Positions 19,947 through 28,670 of a stretch of 50,599 nt of DNA are shown in pieces (position 1 is the stretch's first letter; every line of letters starts with the position of its first letter). The stretch spans positions 1-50,599 of IMG/VR virus record IMGVR_UViG_3300009481_003534; one strand, given 5' to 3'. Source of the DNA: a virus. Lineage: Duplodnaviria; Caudoviricetes. The notes below the pieces were generated by a model that made no database searches, was not told the origin of the DNA, and saw nothing but the letters and a program-made list of their open reading frames with translations. The position numbers were made by a program, and so were the translations under genes.

Positions 19947-21073
19947 AAAGAATAGAATTTGGTGAATTGGTTATTGGCGAAGTAGCCAGAAAAAATCTCA
20001 TGCATGTATGTGATACCAACTGGGCATCTGGTGGGCCAAAAGTAAAACAGCTTGAAAAAGAATGGTCTGACATATTTGGCTACAAGAGAAGTGTTGCCAT
20101 GAGTTCCGGCACTGACGCAGTAATAGCATCTTGCCTTGCTCTATATGATATTGCCGATGCAAAGCGTGGAGACGAAGTTATTGTTCCAGCATTATCCTTT
20201 ATTGCTACATCTAATGCTGTTCGAGCAGCTGGGCTTACTCCAGTATTTGTTGATGTCAAGAAAGAGACTCTTAACATTGATGAAACAAAGATAGAAGAAG
20301 CTATTACTTCTAAGACTGTTGCAATCATGCCTGTCCATACAATGGGTCGGCCAGCGGAAATGGATACTATCTGTGATATCTCAGAAGAGTACAACTTGGT
20401 TGTGATCGAAGATGCTTGCGAGGCTCACGGGGCAATCTATAAAGATAAATATATCGGCCATTGGGGAGACATGTCTGTTTATAGCTACTATATTGCACAC
20501 CTTGTATGTTGTGGAGAAGGAGGCATGGTCTCTGTAAATGATAAGTATTTAGCAGACGTATTAGCTTCTTGCCGATCTCACGGAAGACCATTCAACTCTA
20601 TTTACTTTGATCATCAAAGAGTTGGCTATAACTCTAAGATGAATGATCTTGAAGCTAGCATTGGTCTAGAGGCAGTTGGAGTCTTCTGGGAGACATTCAA
20701 CACAAGACATGCGACTATGAAGCGCATGCGTGCCGCTGGCGCAGGATATGAGGATGTAGCATACTTCTCAGAAGAAGATGAAGGTAACAGGAACTGTCCT
20801 CATGGATTCAGCATAACCTGCAAGGAAGAAGGAAAGATTAAGCTAGTAGAAGAGATCTTTGACAAATACAATATTCACCATAAGAGAAACTTTGGGTGCA
20901 TACCTACTCAGCATAGAGCATTTGAAGATATGGGATACTCATTAGGAGACTTTCCCGAAGCTGAGTGGATTGGAGACAACGGAATCCACATTGGGTGTCA
21001 TCAACACCTATCAGAGGAAGATATTCAAAGAATTGAATTGGCTATTAAAGAAGCTTTGGAGGCTTGTAGATAA
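19943..21073 (+). CDS. DegT/DnrJ/EryC1/StrS-family PLP enzyme with His at the catalytic Lys position (ColD-like sugar 3-dehydratase)
   Basis: SSGT, EDACEAHG, SYYIAHLVCCGEGG (canonical SFxxxKxxxxGEGG), GYNSKM. Confidence 0.85.
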   Translation: MKRIEFGELVIGEVARKNLMHVCDTNWASGGPKVKQLEKEWSDIFGYKRSVAMSSGTDAVIASCLALYDIADAKRGDEVIVPALSFIATSNAVRAAGLTPVFVDVKKETLNIDETKIEEAITSKTVAIMPVHTMGRPAEMDTICDISEEYNLVVIEDACEAHGAIYKDKYIGHWGDMSVYSYYIAHLVCCGEGGMVSVNDKYLADVLASCRSHGRPFNSIYFDHQRVGYNSKMNDLEASIGLEAVGVFWETFNTRHATMKRMRAAGAGYEDVAYFSEEDEGNRNCPHGFSITCKEEGKIKLVEEIFDKYNIHHKRNFGCIPTQHRAFEDMGYSLGDFPEAEWIGDNGIHIGCHQHLSEEDIQRIELAIKEALEACR

Positions 21074-22014
21074 TGAATGTATTGGTTACTGGTGCAGCAG
21101 GATATATTGGAAGCAGTCTTGTAAAGAGACTTTCAGAGAACGCAAGAGTTTATGCCTTTGATAATTTATTCTATAATCAAGGAACTCTTGTTGCAGGATC
21201 ATTTGTAAAAGACAATGTCACTTTTTATAATGAAGATGTAAATGATTGGTCATCAAATTTGATCGAAGCTATAGATAAGGCAGATGTTATCATACCTTTG
21301 GCAGCTTTAGTAGGCGCTCCTCTTTGTGATAGGCATGAAGAAGCTACTCTTGAGACAAACTACAAATGGTTTACTAAACTTACTCCCCTTCTTAGAAAAG
21401 ATCAGATAGTCATCTACCCAAACACAAACTCAGGCTATGGGAGTACCGGAGAGGAAATATGTACCGAGGAAACTCCATCTAATCCGATATCTCTATATGC
21501 TAAGACTAAACAGGATGCAGAGGATCACTTACTTTCTAATCATGAGAAAAGTATCGTCTTCAGGCTTGCGACTGTCTTCGGATGGTCTCCAAGACCGAGA
21601 ACAGATCTTCTTATTAACAATCTTACGAAAGTAGCAAGAGAAGAAAAGCACATTACGGTTTTTGATGGGCACTTTAGGCGCAACTATGTTCATATTAAAG
21701 ATATAGTCAGGGCTTTTGAGTTTGCAATCTATCATAGTTCAGACATGTTTGGTAATGTATATAATCTTGGGAATGACTCAATCAACATGACTAAGCTTGA
21801 TCTTGTAAAAAATATTTGCTCTATTATGGGCGCAGAGTATTCTCAAGATGACTCTAGAACAGACCCTGATAAAAGGGATTATATAGTTAGCAGCCAGAAG
21901 CTTTACAACTTAGGCTTTGACTGTATATATGGACTGGAGCATGGAGTCTCAGAGATGGATTCTTTCTATGACTTACTGACGGAGACAGATTTGGAAAGAT
22001 GCAAGAACTACTAA
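21073..22014 (+). CDS. NAD-dependent nucleotide-sugar epimerase/reductase (extended SDR)
   Basis: TGAAGYIG, YAKTK, RLATVFG, RNYVHIKD. Confidence 0.9.
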   Translation: MNVLVTGAAGYIGSSLVKRLSENARVYAFDNLFYNQGTLVAGSFVKDNVTFYNEDVNDWSSNLIEAIDKADVIIPLAALVGAPLCDRHEEATLETNYKWFTKLTPLLRKDQIVIYPNTNSGYGSTGEEICTEETPSNPISLYAKTKQDAEDHLLSNHEKSIVFRLATVFGWSPRPRTDLLINNLTKVAREEKHITVFDGHFRRNYVHIKDIVRAFEFAIYHSSDMFGNVYNLGNDSINMTKLDLVKNICSIMGAEYSQDDSRTDPDKRDYIVSSQKLYNLGFDCIYGLEHGVSEMDSFYDLLTETDLERCKNY

Positions 22015-22514
22015 TCCTTTGTGCGATAGAAGAAGAGTTTAGCAAGGAAGACAATAGATATGCAGACAACATCTTTTATACTGGTGTTGGAAAAATAAAT
22101 TCATGTATAACTGCTCTAGAGCTAATAAAAGAAAAAAAGCCGTCTTTAATTGTCAATGTAGGAACCGTAGGTGCTTGCAGAGATGATATTGAAGGTATAA
22201 TAGAGTGTGGAGTTTTTAAAGATAGAGACGACACAAGTGAATTCAATAGCGAAAATATAATCTACACAGACAACAATCTGCTCACTATATCTACGGGAGA
22301 TAATTTCATATCTCATAAAGTAGAAGGATGTGACGTAGTTGATATGGAAGCTTATGCGATAGCTAAAGTTTGCAAAAGATATAATGTAGATTTTAAATGC
22401 TATAAATATATAACAGACTACACTAATCAAGAGTCTAAGGATAATTGGCAAGCCAATGTAAGCAATGGCAAGCCTTACTTCTTAGACAAGCTGTACCAAC
22501 TATTAGGATACTAA
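21999..22514 (+). CDS. MTA/SAH nucleosidase-like (PNP/UDP phosphorylase superfamily)
   Basis: TGVGKIN, NVGTVG, STGDNF, DMEAYA, KYITD. Confidence 0.82.
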   Translation: MQELLILCAIEEEFSKEDNRYADNIFYTGVGKINSCITALELIKEKKPSLIVNVGTVGACRDDIEGIIECGVFKDRDDTSEFNSENIIYTDNNLLTISTGDNFISHKVEGCDVVDMEAYAIAKVCKRYNVDFKCYKYITDYTNQESKDNWQANVSNGKPYFLDKLYQLLGY

Positions 22515-22515
22515 A

Positions 22516-22875
22516 ATGAACGCAAAGCAAAAAACATTTCTTATTGACATTGATGGAACTCTTGTAAAACACAAAGGCGATCTCCACAGGATGATAACTG
22601 AGGAACCAGAAGCGCTACCAAATGTAGTTGAGAAATTCTTACAATGGAGAAAGGATGGTCACTATATTGTCCTAACAACCGCTAGAGCTCAGGGCGCAAG
22701 ATACGCTACAGAAAAGCAGCTTGCAAAGCTTGGTATCTTTTATGATAGATTAATTATGGGGCTTACAAATGGTGCTAGAGTTTTAATTAATGACACTAAA
22801 CCAGACGGTACAGAAACCGCTTTTGCGTATTCCATAGAAAGAGATGCAGGGCTTGGTGAGGTAGATGTAGTCTAA
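22516..22875 (+). CDS. minimal HAD-superfamily phosphatase
   Basis: DIDGTL, LTTAR, IND. Confidence 0.8.
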   Translation: MNAKQKTFLIDIDGTLVKHKGDLHRMITEEPEALPNVVEKFLQWRKDGHYIVLTTARAQGARYATEKQLAKLGIFYDRLIMGLTNGARVLINDTKPDGTETAFAYSIERDAGLGEVDVV

Positions 22876-23843
22876 TGATTATTTCTAAGACTCCTTTAAG
22901 GGTTTCTCTTTTTGGTGGAGGATCTGACTATAAAGGGTTCTACTCAGAGCACGGCTCTAGACTGATAGGGTTCTGCATAGATAAATATAGCTATATATCC
23001 TTGAGAAGAACTCCTGCTATATTTCCATTTAGAAGCAGTATATCATACTCTAAGACAGAGCTGGTATCTAACAATAGAGATATTCAGCACAACGGAGTTA
23101 GAGGAGTACTAGAGTATCTAAATATCACTCACGGCGTAGAAATCAGCTATGCCGGAGATCTTCCTGCACAAACAGGTACTGGCTCTTCCTCATCATTTAT
23201 AGTTGGCTTACTGAATTCCATTTATGCTCTAAAGAACAAAAAGGTTTCCAAGAAACAGCTTGCTGAACAGGCTATCTATATTGAAAGAGAGCTACTCTCT
23301 GAGCCGGGAGGAGTTCAAGATCAGATCTGGGCTGCTTATGGAGGAATAAATTCTATAGAGATTAAAAAAGATGGAGACTTTGAAGTCAAACCATTACCTA
23401 TAAGTAGAGAGTTTATAGATGAATTTATAGATAGATCCTTGCTCATATACACTGGCAAAACCAGAAAATCCTTCAGAATTGCGAATGACATAGGGTCTAA
23501 AGATAATCACCAGTATAAGAGAAATATTCTTGACATCTGCAATAAGGCATATGATTCTTTTTTGGACTCGGATATTGATAAGATAGCATACCATCTTGCA
23601 AAAAGCTGGGAGAATAAGAAGAGCTTATCATCTCTTATATGTCCTGAGCATGTAAGCTCCCTGTACTCTAGCTTGCAGTCTTTTGGAATGCTGGGTGGAA
23701 AACTTCTTGGAGCTGGAGGATCAGGTTTTATCTTTGGAGTATTCAAAACAAAAGAAGACAGAGACAGGGCAAAATCCAAGTATAAAAATAAGAACATAAG
23801 TTTCTGTATTGACGAGAATGGTTCTCATGTCATTAATAAGTAG
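22875..23843 (+). CDS. GHMP sugar kinase (HddA-like heptose-7-phosphate kinase)
   Basis: KTPLRVSLFGGGSD, PAQTGTGSSS, GVQDQ, KLLGAGGSG. Confidence 0.87.
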   Translation: MIISKTPLRVSLFGGGSDYKGFYSEHGSRLIGFCIDKYSYISLRRTPAIFPFRSSISYSKTELVSNNRDIQHNGVRGVLEYLNITHGVEISYAGDLPAQTGTGSSSSFIVGLLNSIYALKNKKVSKKQLAEQAIYIERELLSEPGGVQDQIWAAYGGINSIEIKKDGDFEVKPLPISREFIDEFIDRSLLIYTGKTRKSFRIANDIGSKDNHQYKRNILDICNKAYDSFLDSDIDKIAYHLAKSWENKKSLSSLICPEHVSSLYSSLQSFGMLGGKLLGAGGSGFIFGVFKTKEDRDRAKSKYKNKNISFCIDENGSHVINK

Positions 23844-23858
23844 TGTATAATTATATAA
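23843..23858 (+). promoter_or_regulatory. recurrent GTATA motif directly upstream of tmRNA
   Basis: GTGTATAATTATATAA abuts the tmRNA 5' end. Confidence 0.5.
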
Positions 23859-24200
23859 GGGGGTGAATAGGGTTCGACTGGTTGTCGAAATAATTATTGC
23901 ATTGAGTAGTTGGTCAAAGGGCTACTGTAAAAATTGACCATACTTTTTAAGTGCAGAAAAGAACTTCGCACTAGCTGCCTAGCAGCAGGGGTTTTCCGCG
24001 CCCTGCAAACCAAAGTCGGTAACGGGCTAGGTCGTTCCTAGATAGAGTATTCACTGCTTGATTTATTAGTGAGACGATGGATAGACATATGACTCCGATA
24101 AATCGGATAGCTTTTCTTATTAAGTGACAGCAATAAGATAACAATGTAGATATGATTATAGAAACAATTCAGCACGGCGGTTCGATTCCGCCCACCTCCA
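23859..24200 (+). ncRNA. ssrA: tmRNA; tag peptide (A)AEKNFALAA
   Basis: 5' GGGGGTG..GGTTCGAC; 3' T arm GGCGG-TTCGATT-CCGCC plus CACCTCC-A with G3.U pair; pk1 (AGTAGT/GCTACT, TGGTCAA/TTGACCA); tag frame 23953-23982. Confidence 0.95.
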
Positions 24201-24214
24201 CTTAAGGAAATATC

Positions 24215-24460
24215 ATGACTGCACACAGAGTAACATATACGGTAGACGGCAAACAGCATTATAGAACAATAGACTATGCTTCTAATAATTCTGAAGCCGC
24301 TAAAATGGTGGAGCTTGGGGCTAAATGGAATAATCCAAAAGTCCAGATTGATATAGTTTCTGTAGAGTCTATAGATGAAAATTTCAGCAAAGCCTTTAAA
24401 AATAGGGCTTCTGACTCTCTAAAAAATAGCTATCTTTTTAAGTATATAGAAGAAGAGTAA
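24215..24460 (+). CDS. hypothetical protein
   Basis: AAGGA RBS, 81 aa. Confidence 0.7.
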   Translation: MTAHRVTYTVDGKQHYRTIDYASNNSEAAKMVELGAKWNNPKVQIDIVSVESIDENFSKAFKNRASDSLKNSYLFKYIEEE

Positions 24461-24509
24461 TCTATGCGGTGTATATAGTATTGTAATAAAATATTTTTGG
24501 AGAACAAAA

Positions 24510-24782
24510 ATGCCTCTTAAAAGATGTTCAGAGAACAAGGAATCTGGATGGAAATGGGGAGACTCTGGTAAGTGCTACACAGGCAGGGATGCTAAGAAAA
24601 AGGCTATAAAGCAAGGAGTAGCAATAGAAGGTCCTAAGAAATTCCAACAGATGGCTTCTTCATTTGAAGAGCCAATGAATCAGGATGATATTGAATCAGT
24701 AATTGAATTTATGTGCGAGGAAAAGTACAACTCAGCACTGATAGCTGCTACTTCGGTGGCCTTAAGAAATATTTTACAGTGA
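24510..24782 (+). CDS. phage-type hypothetical protein (GWKWGDSGKCY motif)
   Basis: GGAG RBS; N-terminal basic motif; follows GGTGTATATAGTA at 24468. Confidence 0.72.
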   Translation: MPLKRCSENKESGWKWGDSGKCYTGRDAKKKAIKQGVAIEGPKKFQQMASSFEEPMNQDDIESVIEFMCEEKYNSALIAATSVALRNILQ

Positions 24783-24785
24783 ACT

Positions 24786-24814
24786 AAGGTCGCCTTTTTA
24801 GGCGATCTTTTTTT
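24786..24814 (+). terminator. intrinsic terminator
   Basis: AAGGTCGCCT-TTTT-AGGCGATCTT plus T tract. Confidence 0.8.
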
Positions 24815-24878
24815 GTCTAATTTGCATTTTTTTTATGTTGTCTCGCCATATAACATATATAATATCTAAGGAGAGAAA

Positions 24879-25115
24879 ATGTACGCTTTAATGAAGTCTG
24901 ATTATACCCCACTTAAAAAGGGAACTTCCTACTTAATAATTGAAGATGGTACGGATTGGGTAAAATTAAAATATGATGGGAAGCCTCTTACGGTAAGTAA
25001 GAAGTTAATCTATTCAGACCCTATCTCAACATTGTATGAACTACCTCTTGCTGAGGAAAGCCAAGAGGAAATATACGATGCAAAACTAGATACGTTTAAT
25101 ACTATTTTTATGTAG
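24879..25115 (+). CDS. hypothetical protein (SH3-like?)
   Basis: AAGGAG RBS, 78 aa. Confidence 0.65.
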   Translation: MYALMKSDYTPLKKGTSYLIIEDGTDWVKLKYDGKPLTVSKKLIYSDPISTLYELPLAEESQEEIYDAKLDTFNTIFM

Positions 25116-25142
25116 TTTATTTTTAAGGAGAATCTTTAGGAT

Positions 25143-25379
25143 ATGAAAACTAAGGAAACCACAGATTGGGGTTTGTTGCTGAGCACTCGCAAGAATCAAC
25201 GAACCATGACTAAATTTGCTACTGGAGCTTTGTCGGCTTCAGACACTACTCGGGCATTCGCCCACACGGATTATGCTGGTGAGTTTCGTAGACTCATTCG
25301 GTCAAATGGAACACAGTACGCCAGACGTTTAGCACGCAAAGCATTGCGTTACCGTGGAATTTTATCACCTGTTTCTTAA
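25143..25379 (+). CDS. basic hypothetical protein
   Basis: AAGGAG upstream; Arg-rich, 78 aa. Confidence 0.7.
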   Translation: MKTKETTDWGLLLSTRKNQRTMTKFATGALSASDTTRAFAHTDYAGEFRRLIRSNGTQYARRLARKALRYRGILSPVS

Positions 25380-25390
25380 GGAGCAATTAA

Positions 25391-25792
25391 ATGAGCGATA
25401 TTAACAAAGTTATCGTTACAGGTAGAGTAACTCGCGATAGCGAGCTACGACAAACACCAAACGGAACCGCTGTCACTGATGTCAGTGTAGCATCTAACCG
25501 AATTTGGTCAAAGAACGGAGATCGTCAAGAGGAAGCAACTTTTGTTGACGTTACTCTCTGGGGTAAGCAGGCAGAGTCACTGTCACAGTACCTGACTAAA
25601 GGCCGTCACGTCATGATCGAAGGACGCTTAAAGCTGAACTCGTGGGAAACTGACGAAGGCGTTAAGCGAAGCAAGCTTACCGTTGTTGCTGAAAATGTTA
25701 ATCTGACACCGAATGGTGGAGGAAAGACTAACTCTCAGCAGACTGCAAAAGCTGGCGCAGGAGCTGGAGCTTCTGACGACATGCCTTTCTAG
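25391..25792 (+). CDS. ssb: single-stranded DNA-binding protein
   Basis: INKVIVTGRVTRD, WGKQAE, KGRHVMIEGRL, C-terminal DDMPF. Confidence 0.95.
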   Translation: MSDINKVIVTGRVTRDSELRQTPNGTAVTDVSVASNRIWSKNGDRQEEATFVDVTLWGKQAESLSQYLTKGRHVMIEGRLKLNSWETDEGVKRSKLTVVAENVNLTPNGGGKTNSQQTAKAGAGAGASDDMPF

Positions 25793-25861
25793 GGTTTCTA
25801 TTGTCGCCCAAACAGTAAGTTAGCTGTTCTTATCTGTAGACAATAGATCATTCAAAACAGC
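25792..25861 (+). ncRNA. double-pseudoknot motif copy A1
   Basis: GGGT[ttctattgtc]GCCC; ACAGTAAG/CTTA-t-CTGT; loop1 TCTATTGTC pairs with GACAATAGA; loop2 GCTGTT pairs with AACAGC. Confidence 0.75.
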
Positions 25862-25938
25862 CGAGCCTCATCTATGCTCGAAACCGTAGGTTTATGACCC
25901 GTTCCTAACGATAAATGGATGATGCAACAAAACGGGTC
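25862..25938 (+). ncRNA. double-pseudoknot motif copy A2
   Basis: CGAGC[ctcatctat]GCTCG; CGTAGG/CCTA-a-CG; TCATCTAT pairs with ATGGATGA; GACCCGTT pairs with AACGGGTC; followed by T6. Confidence 0.75.
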
Positions 25939-25961
25939 TTTTTTATTCTAGGAAAAATAAA

Positions 25962-26033
25962 ATGGATATAATGGACCTCCTCTTTTGGTTCGTTGTGATT
26001 GAGGAAGAAGACAGATACTATGAAGAATCTTAA
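25962..26033 (+). CDS. possible 23-aa peptide (MDIMDLLFWFVVIEEEDRYYEES)
   Basis: AGGA RBS just after motif A2; overlaps the start of the GT4 gene. Confidence 0.35.
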   Translation: MDIMDLLFWFVVIEEEDRYYEES

Positions 26034-27075
26034 TGTAATGGCTCCGATCAATTCTCTAGGATATGGGGTTGCATCTCTTAATACATTAATTAATCTAAGA
26101 AATTTCTTTGATATTGCGCTATTCCCTATTGGCAATAATCAGGAAGTAGCTCAAATCTTCCCACAGGAAGTTGCAAGAGCGCCTATGTTCGATGCAGATG
26201 CTCCATGTCTAAAGATATGGCATGAGTTTGATATGTCTGTTAGAGTAGGCAAAGGAGATCTGATTGCATTCCCCTTCTTTGAAGTAGATGAGTTCAATGA
26301 TCAAAAAAAGCATCACCTTGCGCAATGCGAAAAGGTAATCACCTCTTGCCAATGGGCAGCAGATATTGTGCGAAAAGAAGTTGCGGATAGTAATGTGTTT
26401 GTAGCTCCATTAGGAGTTGATAGAACTATATTTTATAATAACAGGGAGAGTCAACCTACAGAAAAGTTTATTCTATTCAACTGTGGTAAATGGGAGGTCA
26501 GAAAAGGTCACGATGTGATGCTGGAGATTTTTCAGAGAGCGTTTCCCGATAACACTGATGTGGAATTGTGGATGATGTGTCAGAATCCTGTGGCAAACCC
26601 AGAGTACAATCAGAAATGGAACAACTACTATATGCAAGATCCGAGAGTAAGACTTCTTAATAGGTGCAATACTCATAAAGAACTGTCAGACATAATGAGA
26701 TCTGTTAGCTGTGGCTTCTTCCCAAGCAGGGCTGAAGGCTGGAACCTAGAGCTGCTAGAAATGATGTCTTGTGGAAAGCCTGTGGTAACGACAGACTACT
26801 CAGCACATACCGAATTTTGCACTGATGAGAACAGCTATAAAGTAAAACCTAAGTCTCTAGAAAAAGCCTTTGACGGCATGTACTTTAGAGAAGAAGATAA
26901 AGGCAACTGGGCTTCGCTAAAAGGAATTGAAAATGACCTTGTGGAAGCTCTAAGAGAAGTATATGAGCAATGGAAAAAAGACGGCGATGTTGTGAATAAA
27001 GAAGGAATAAAGACTGCTCAGAATATGAGCTGGGCAGTTACTGCTAACAAGGTTAAGGAGGCGATCAATGCATAG
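26020..27075 (+). CDS. GT4 glycosyltransferase
   Basis: GYG, PLGVD, GKWEVRKG, SRAEGWNLELLEMMSCGKP. Confidence 0.88.
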   Translation: MKNLNVMAPINSLGYGVASLNTLINLRNFFDIALFPIGNNQEVAQIFPQEVARAPMFDADAPCLKIWHEFDMSVRVGKGDLIAFPFFEVDEFNDQKKHHLAQCEKVITSCQWAADIVRKEVADSNVFVAPLGVDRTIFYNNRESQPTEKFILFNCGKWEVRKGHDVMLEIFQRAFPDNTDVELWMMCQNPVANPEYNQKWNNYYMQDPRVRLLNRCNTHKELSDIMRSVSCGFFPSRAEGWNLELLEMMSCGKPVVTTDYSAHTEFCTDENSYKVKPKSLEKAFDGMYFREEDKGNWASLKGIENDLVEALREVYEQWKKDGDVVNKEGIKTAQNMSWAVTANKVKEAINA

Positions 27076-27490
27076 TCTAAAGATTAAGAAATTACATAAT
27101 AACGCAACCCTACCTACTAAGGGTAATCCTTCCGACGCAGGATACGACTTGTATTCTTCCGAGAAGGTTGCTATTCCAGCAGGAGCTACAGTCTTAGTGT
27201 CTACAGGAATTTCAATGGCTATACCAGAAGGCTATGTAGGGTTGATATGGGACAGATCTTCTATGGGTGTTAAGGGAGTCCACAGACATGCAGGTGTAAT
27301 TGATTCTGGATATAGAGGGCATATAAAAGTTTGTCTGCACAACACTTCTAGAGACACATATCATGTAGAGTACGGAGACAGAATAGCTCAGATTTTACTT
27401 CAGCAAGCGCCTGAGTTTAATTTAGAAGAAGTGGATTCTCTTAACGATACAGAAAGAGGAGAAGCTGGATTTGGGAGTACAGGCAAATGA
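27068..27490 (+). CDS. dut: trimeric dUTPase
   Basis: AGYDL, DRSS, GVIDSGYRG, RIAQ, RGEAGFGSTG. Confidence 0.96.
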   Translation: MHSLKIKKLHNNATLPTKGNPSDAGYDLYSSEKVAIPAGATVLVSTGISMAIPEGYVGLIWDRSSMGVKGVHRHAGVIDSGYRGHIKVCLHNTSRDTYHVEYGDRIAQILLQQAPEFNLEEVDSLNDTERGEAGFGSTGK

Positions 27491-28023
27491 AATTGACTGG
27501 AATGAGAACTTACTTGGCTGGGGCAATGGATAGGGTTGCAGACGGAGGCGTTGGATGGAGAAACAGAATAACCCCTATATTGAAATCCATGGGCGTTACG
27601 GTACTTAATCCATGTGATAAGCCCGTTGAGGTTGGACTAGAAGATGAAAGCACTAGGTTTGAAATAGAGAGACTTAAGCAGTCTGGTCAGTTTGAAGAGA
27701 TTAGGAAAAGATATGGGGTTATAAGGACTTTAGACCTTAGATGCGTCGATATATCTGATTTCATTATAGCTTCTATAGATACAGATGTACATGCATGTGG
27801 AACATACGAAGAAATAGCGGTTGCCAATAGTCAAAAAAAGCCTGTGTTAGTTTGGTCGCAGCAAGGCAAAAACAATGCTCCTAATTGGTTGTTTTTCATG
27901 CTCCCTCATCAACATATATTTGGCTCTATACATGACCTACTAGAGTATCTGATCAATGTAGATAGCGGTAGAGATATAAAGCACTACAAAAGATGGTTCT
28001 TCTTTGACCAAAACAGGATGTAA
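27487..28023 (+). CDS. nucleoside 2-deoxyribosyltransferase-like protein
   Basis: YLAGAM, LNP, DL..VD.SD, GTYEE. Confidence 0.75.
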   Translation: MKLTGMRTYLAGAMDRVADGGVGWRNRITPILKSMGVTVLNPCDKPVEVGLEDESTRFEIERLKQSGQFEEIRKRYGVIRTLDLRCVDISDFIIASIDTDVHACGTYEEIAVANSQKKPVLVWSQQGKNNAPNWLFFMLPHQHIFGSIHDLLEYLINVDSGRDIKHYKRWFFFDQNRM

Positions 28024-28025
28024 AC

Positions 28026-28187
28026 ATGTATGCTATATGTGCTATAACAATTACTTCTATATGCTACACAATAGCCTCTATATCCTGTATAAAAGATAAA
28101 GATTATCCGCACTCTCTTATGTGGTTTGCCTATGCTCTTGCAAACATAGGTTTATTGTGGTACGAAATACAGAAACAAAAAACATAA
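28026..28187 (+). CDS. small two-TM membrane protein (53 aa)
   Basis: Translated by hand (...MWFAYALANIGLL...); AGGA upstream. Confidence 0.6.
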   Translation: MYAICAITITSICYTIASISCIKDKDYPHSLMWFAYALANIGLLWYEIQKQKT

Positions 28188-28226
28188 CTCAACTTTTATG
28201 TTACCAATTATGGGGTATAATATTAT

Positions 28227-28646
28227 ATGATAAGATACCTAACAGCAGTTAAGAACCTCTTCTCAAAAACTCATAAGATTGAAGATGTCGAACCAGAGCA
28301 GGAGCTGCCCGATAGCTATATTGCTAAAGACGAATGCTCTGCGACTATAGAGTTTAGACTAGATAGATTCACTGGAGATTTTAACATACTTGTTGAAGTA
28401 AATCAGACGGATGAAGACACATCCGAAACTTTGGGTCTACTGCTTCATTTTATTAATTCAGGCAACCTAAAAGGGTTTTTTACAGAAGCATACTCCAACT
28501 GGGCTGGAGATGACGCTGATAGACAAGAGTTTTTAACTAATATGTATCTAAGCTGGCTAAGAAACGAGGAAACCTTTTCGGACGAATATGAAAAACTAGC
28601 AGTAAAACCTTCTAGTGTATTTGGCCTGAACAACCAACAACATTAG
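28227..28646 (+). CDS. hypothetical protein (possibly leaderless)
   Basis: ATG directly follows GGGGTATAATATTAT; no RBS. Confidence 0.7.
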   Translation: MIRYLTAVKNLFSKTHKIEDVEPEQELPDSYIAKDECSATIEFRLDRFTGDFNILVEVNQTDEDTSETLGLLLHFINSGNLKGFFTEAYSNWAGDDADRQEFLTNMYLSWLRNEETFSDEYEKLAVKPSSVFGLNNQQH

Positions 28647-28670
28647 ATATAAAAAGAAGAGACATGTATT

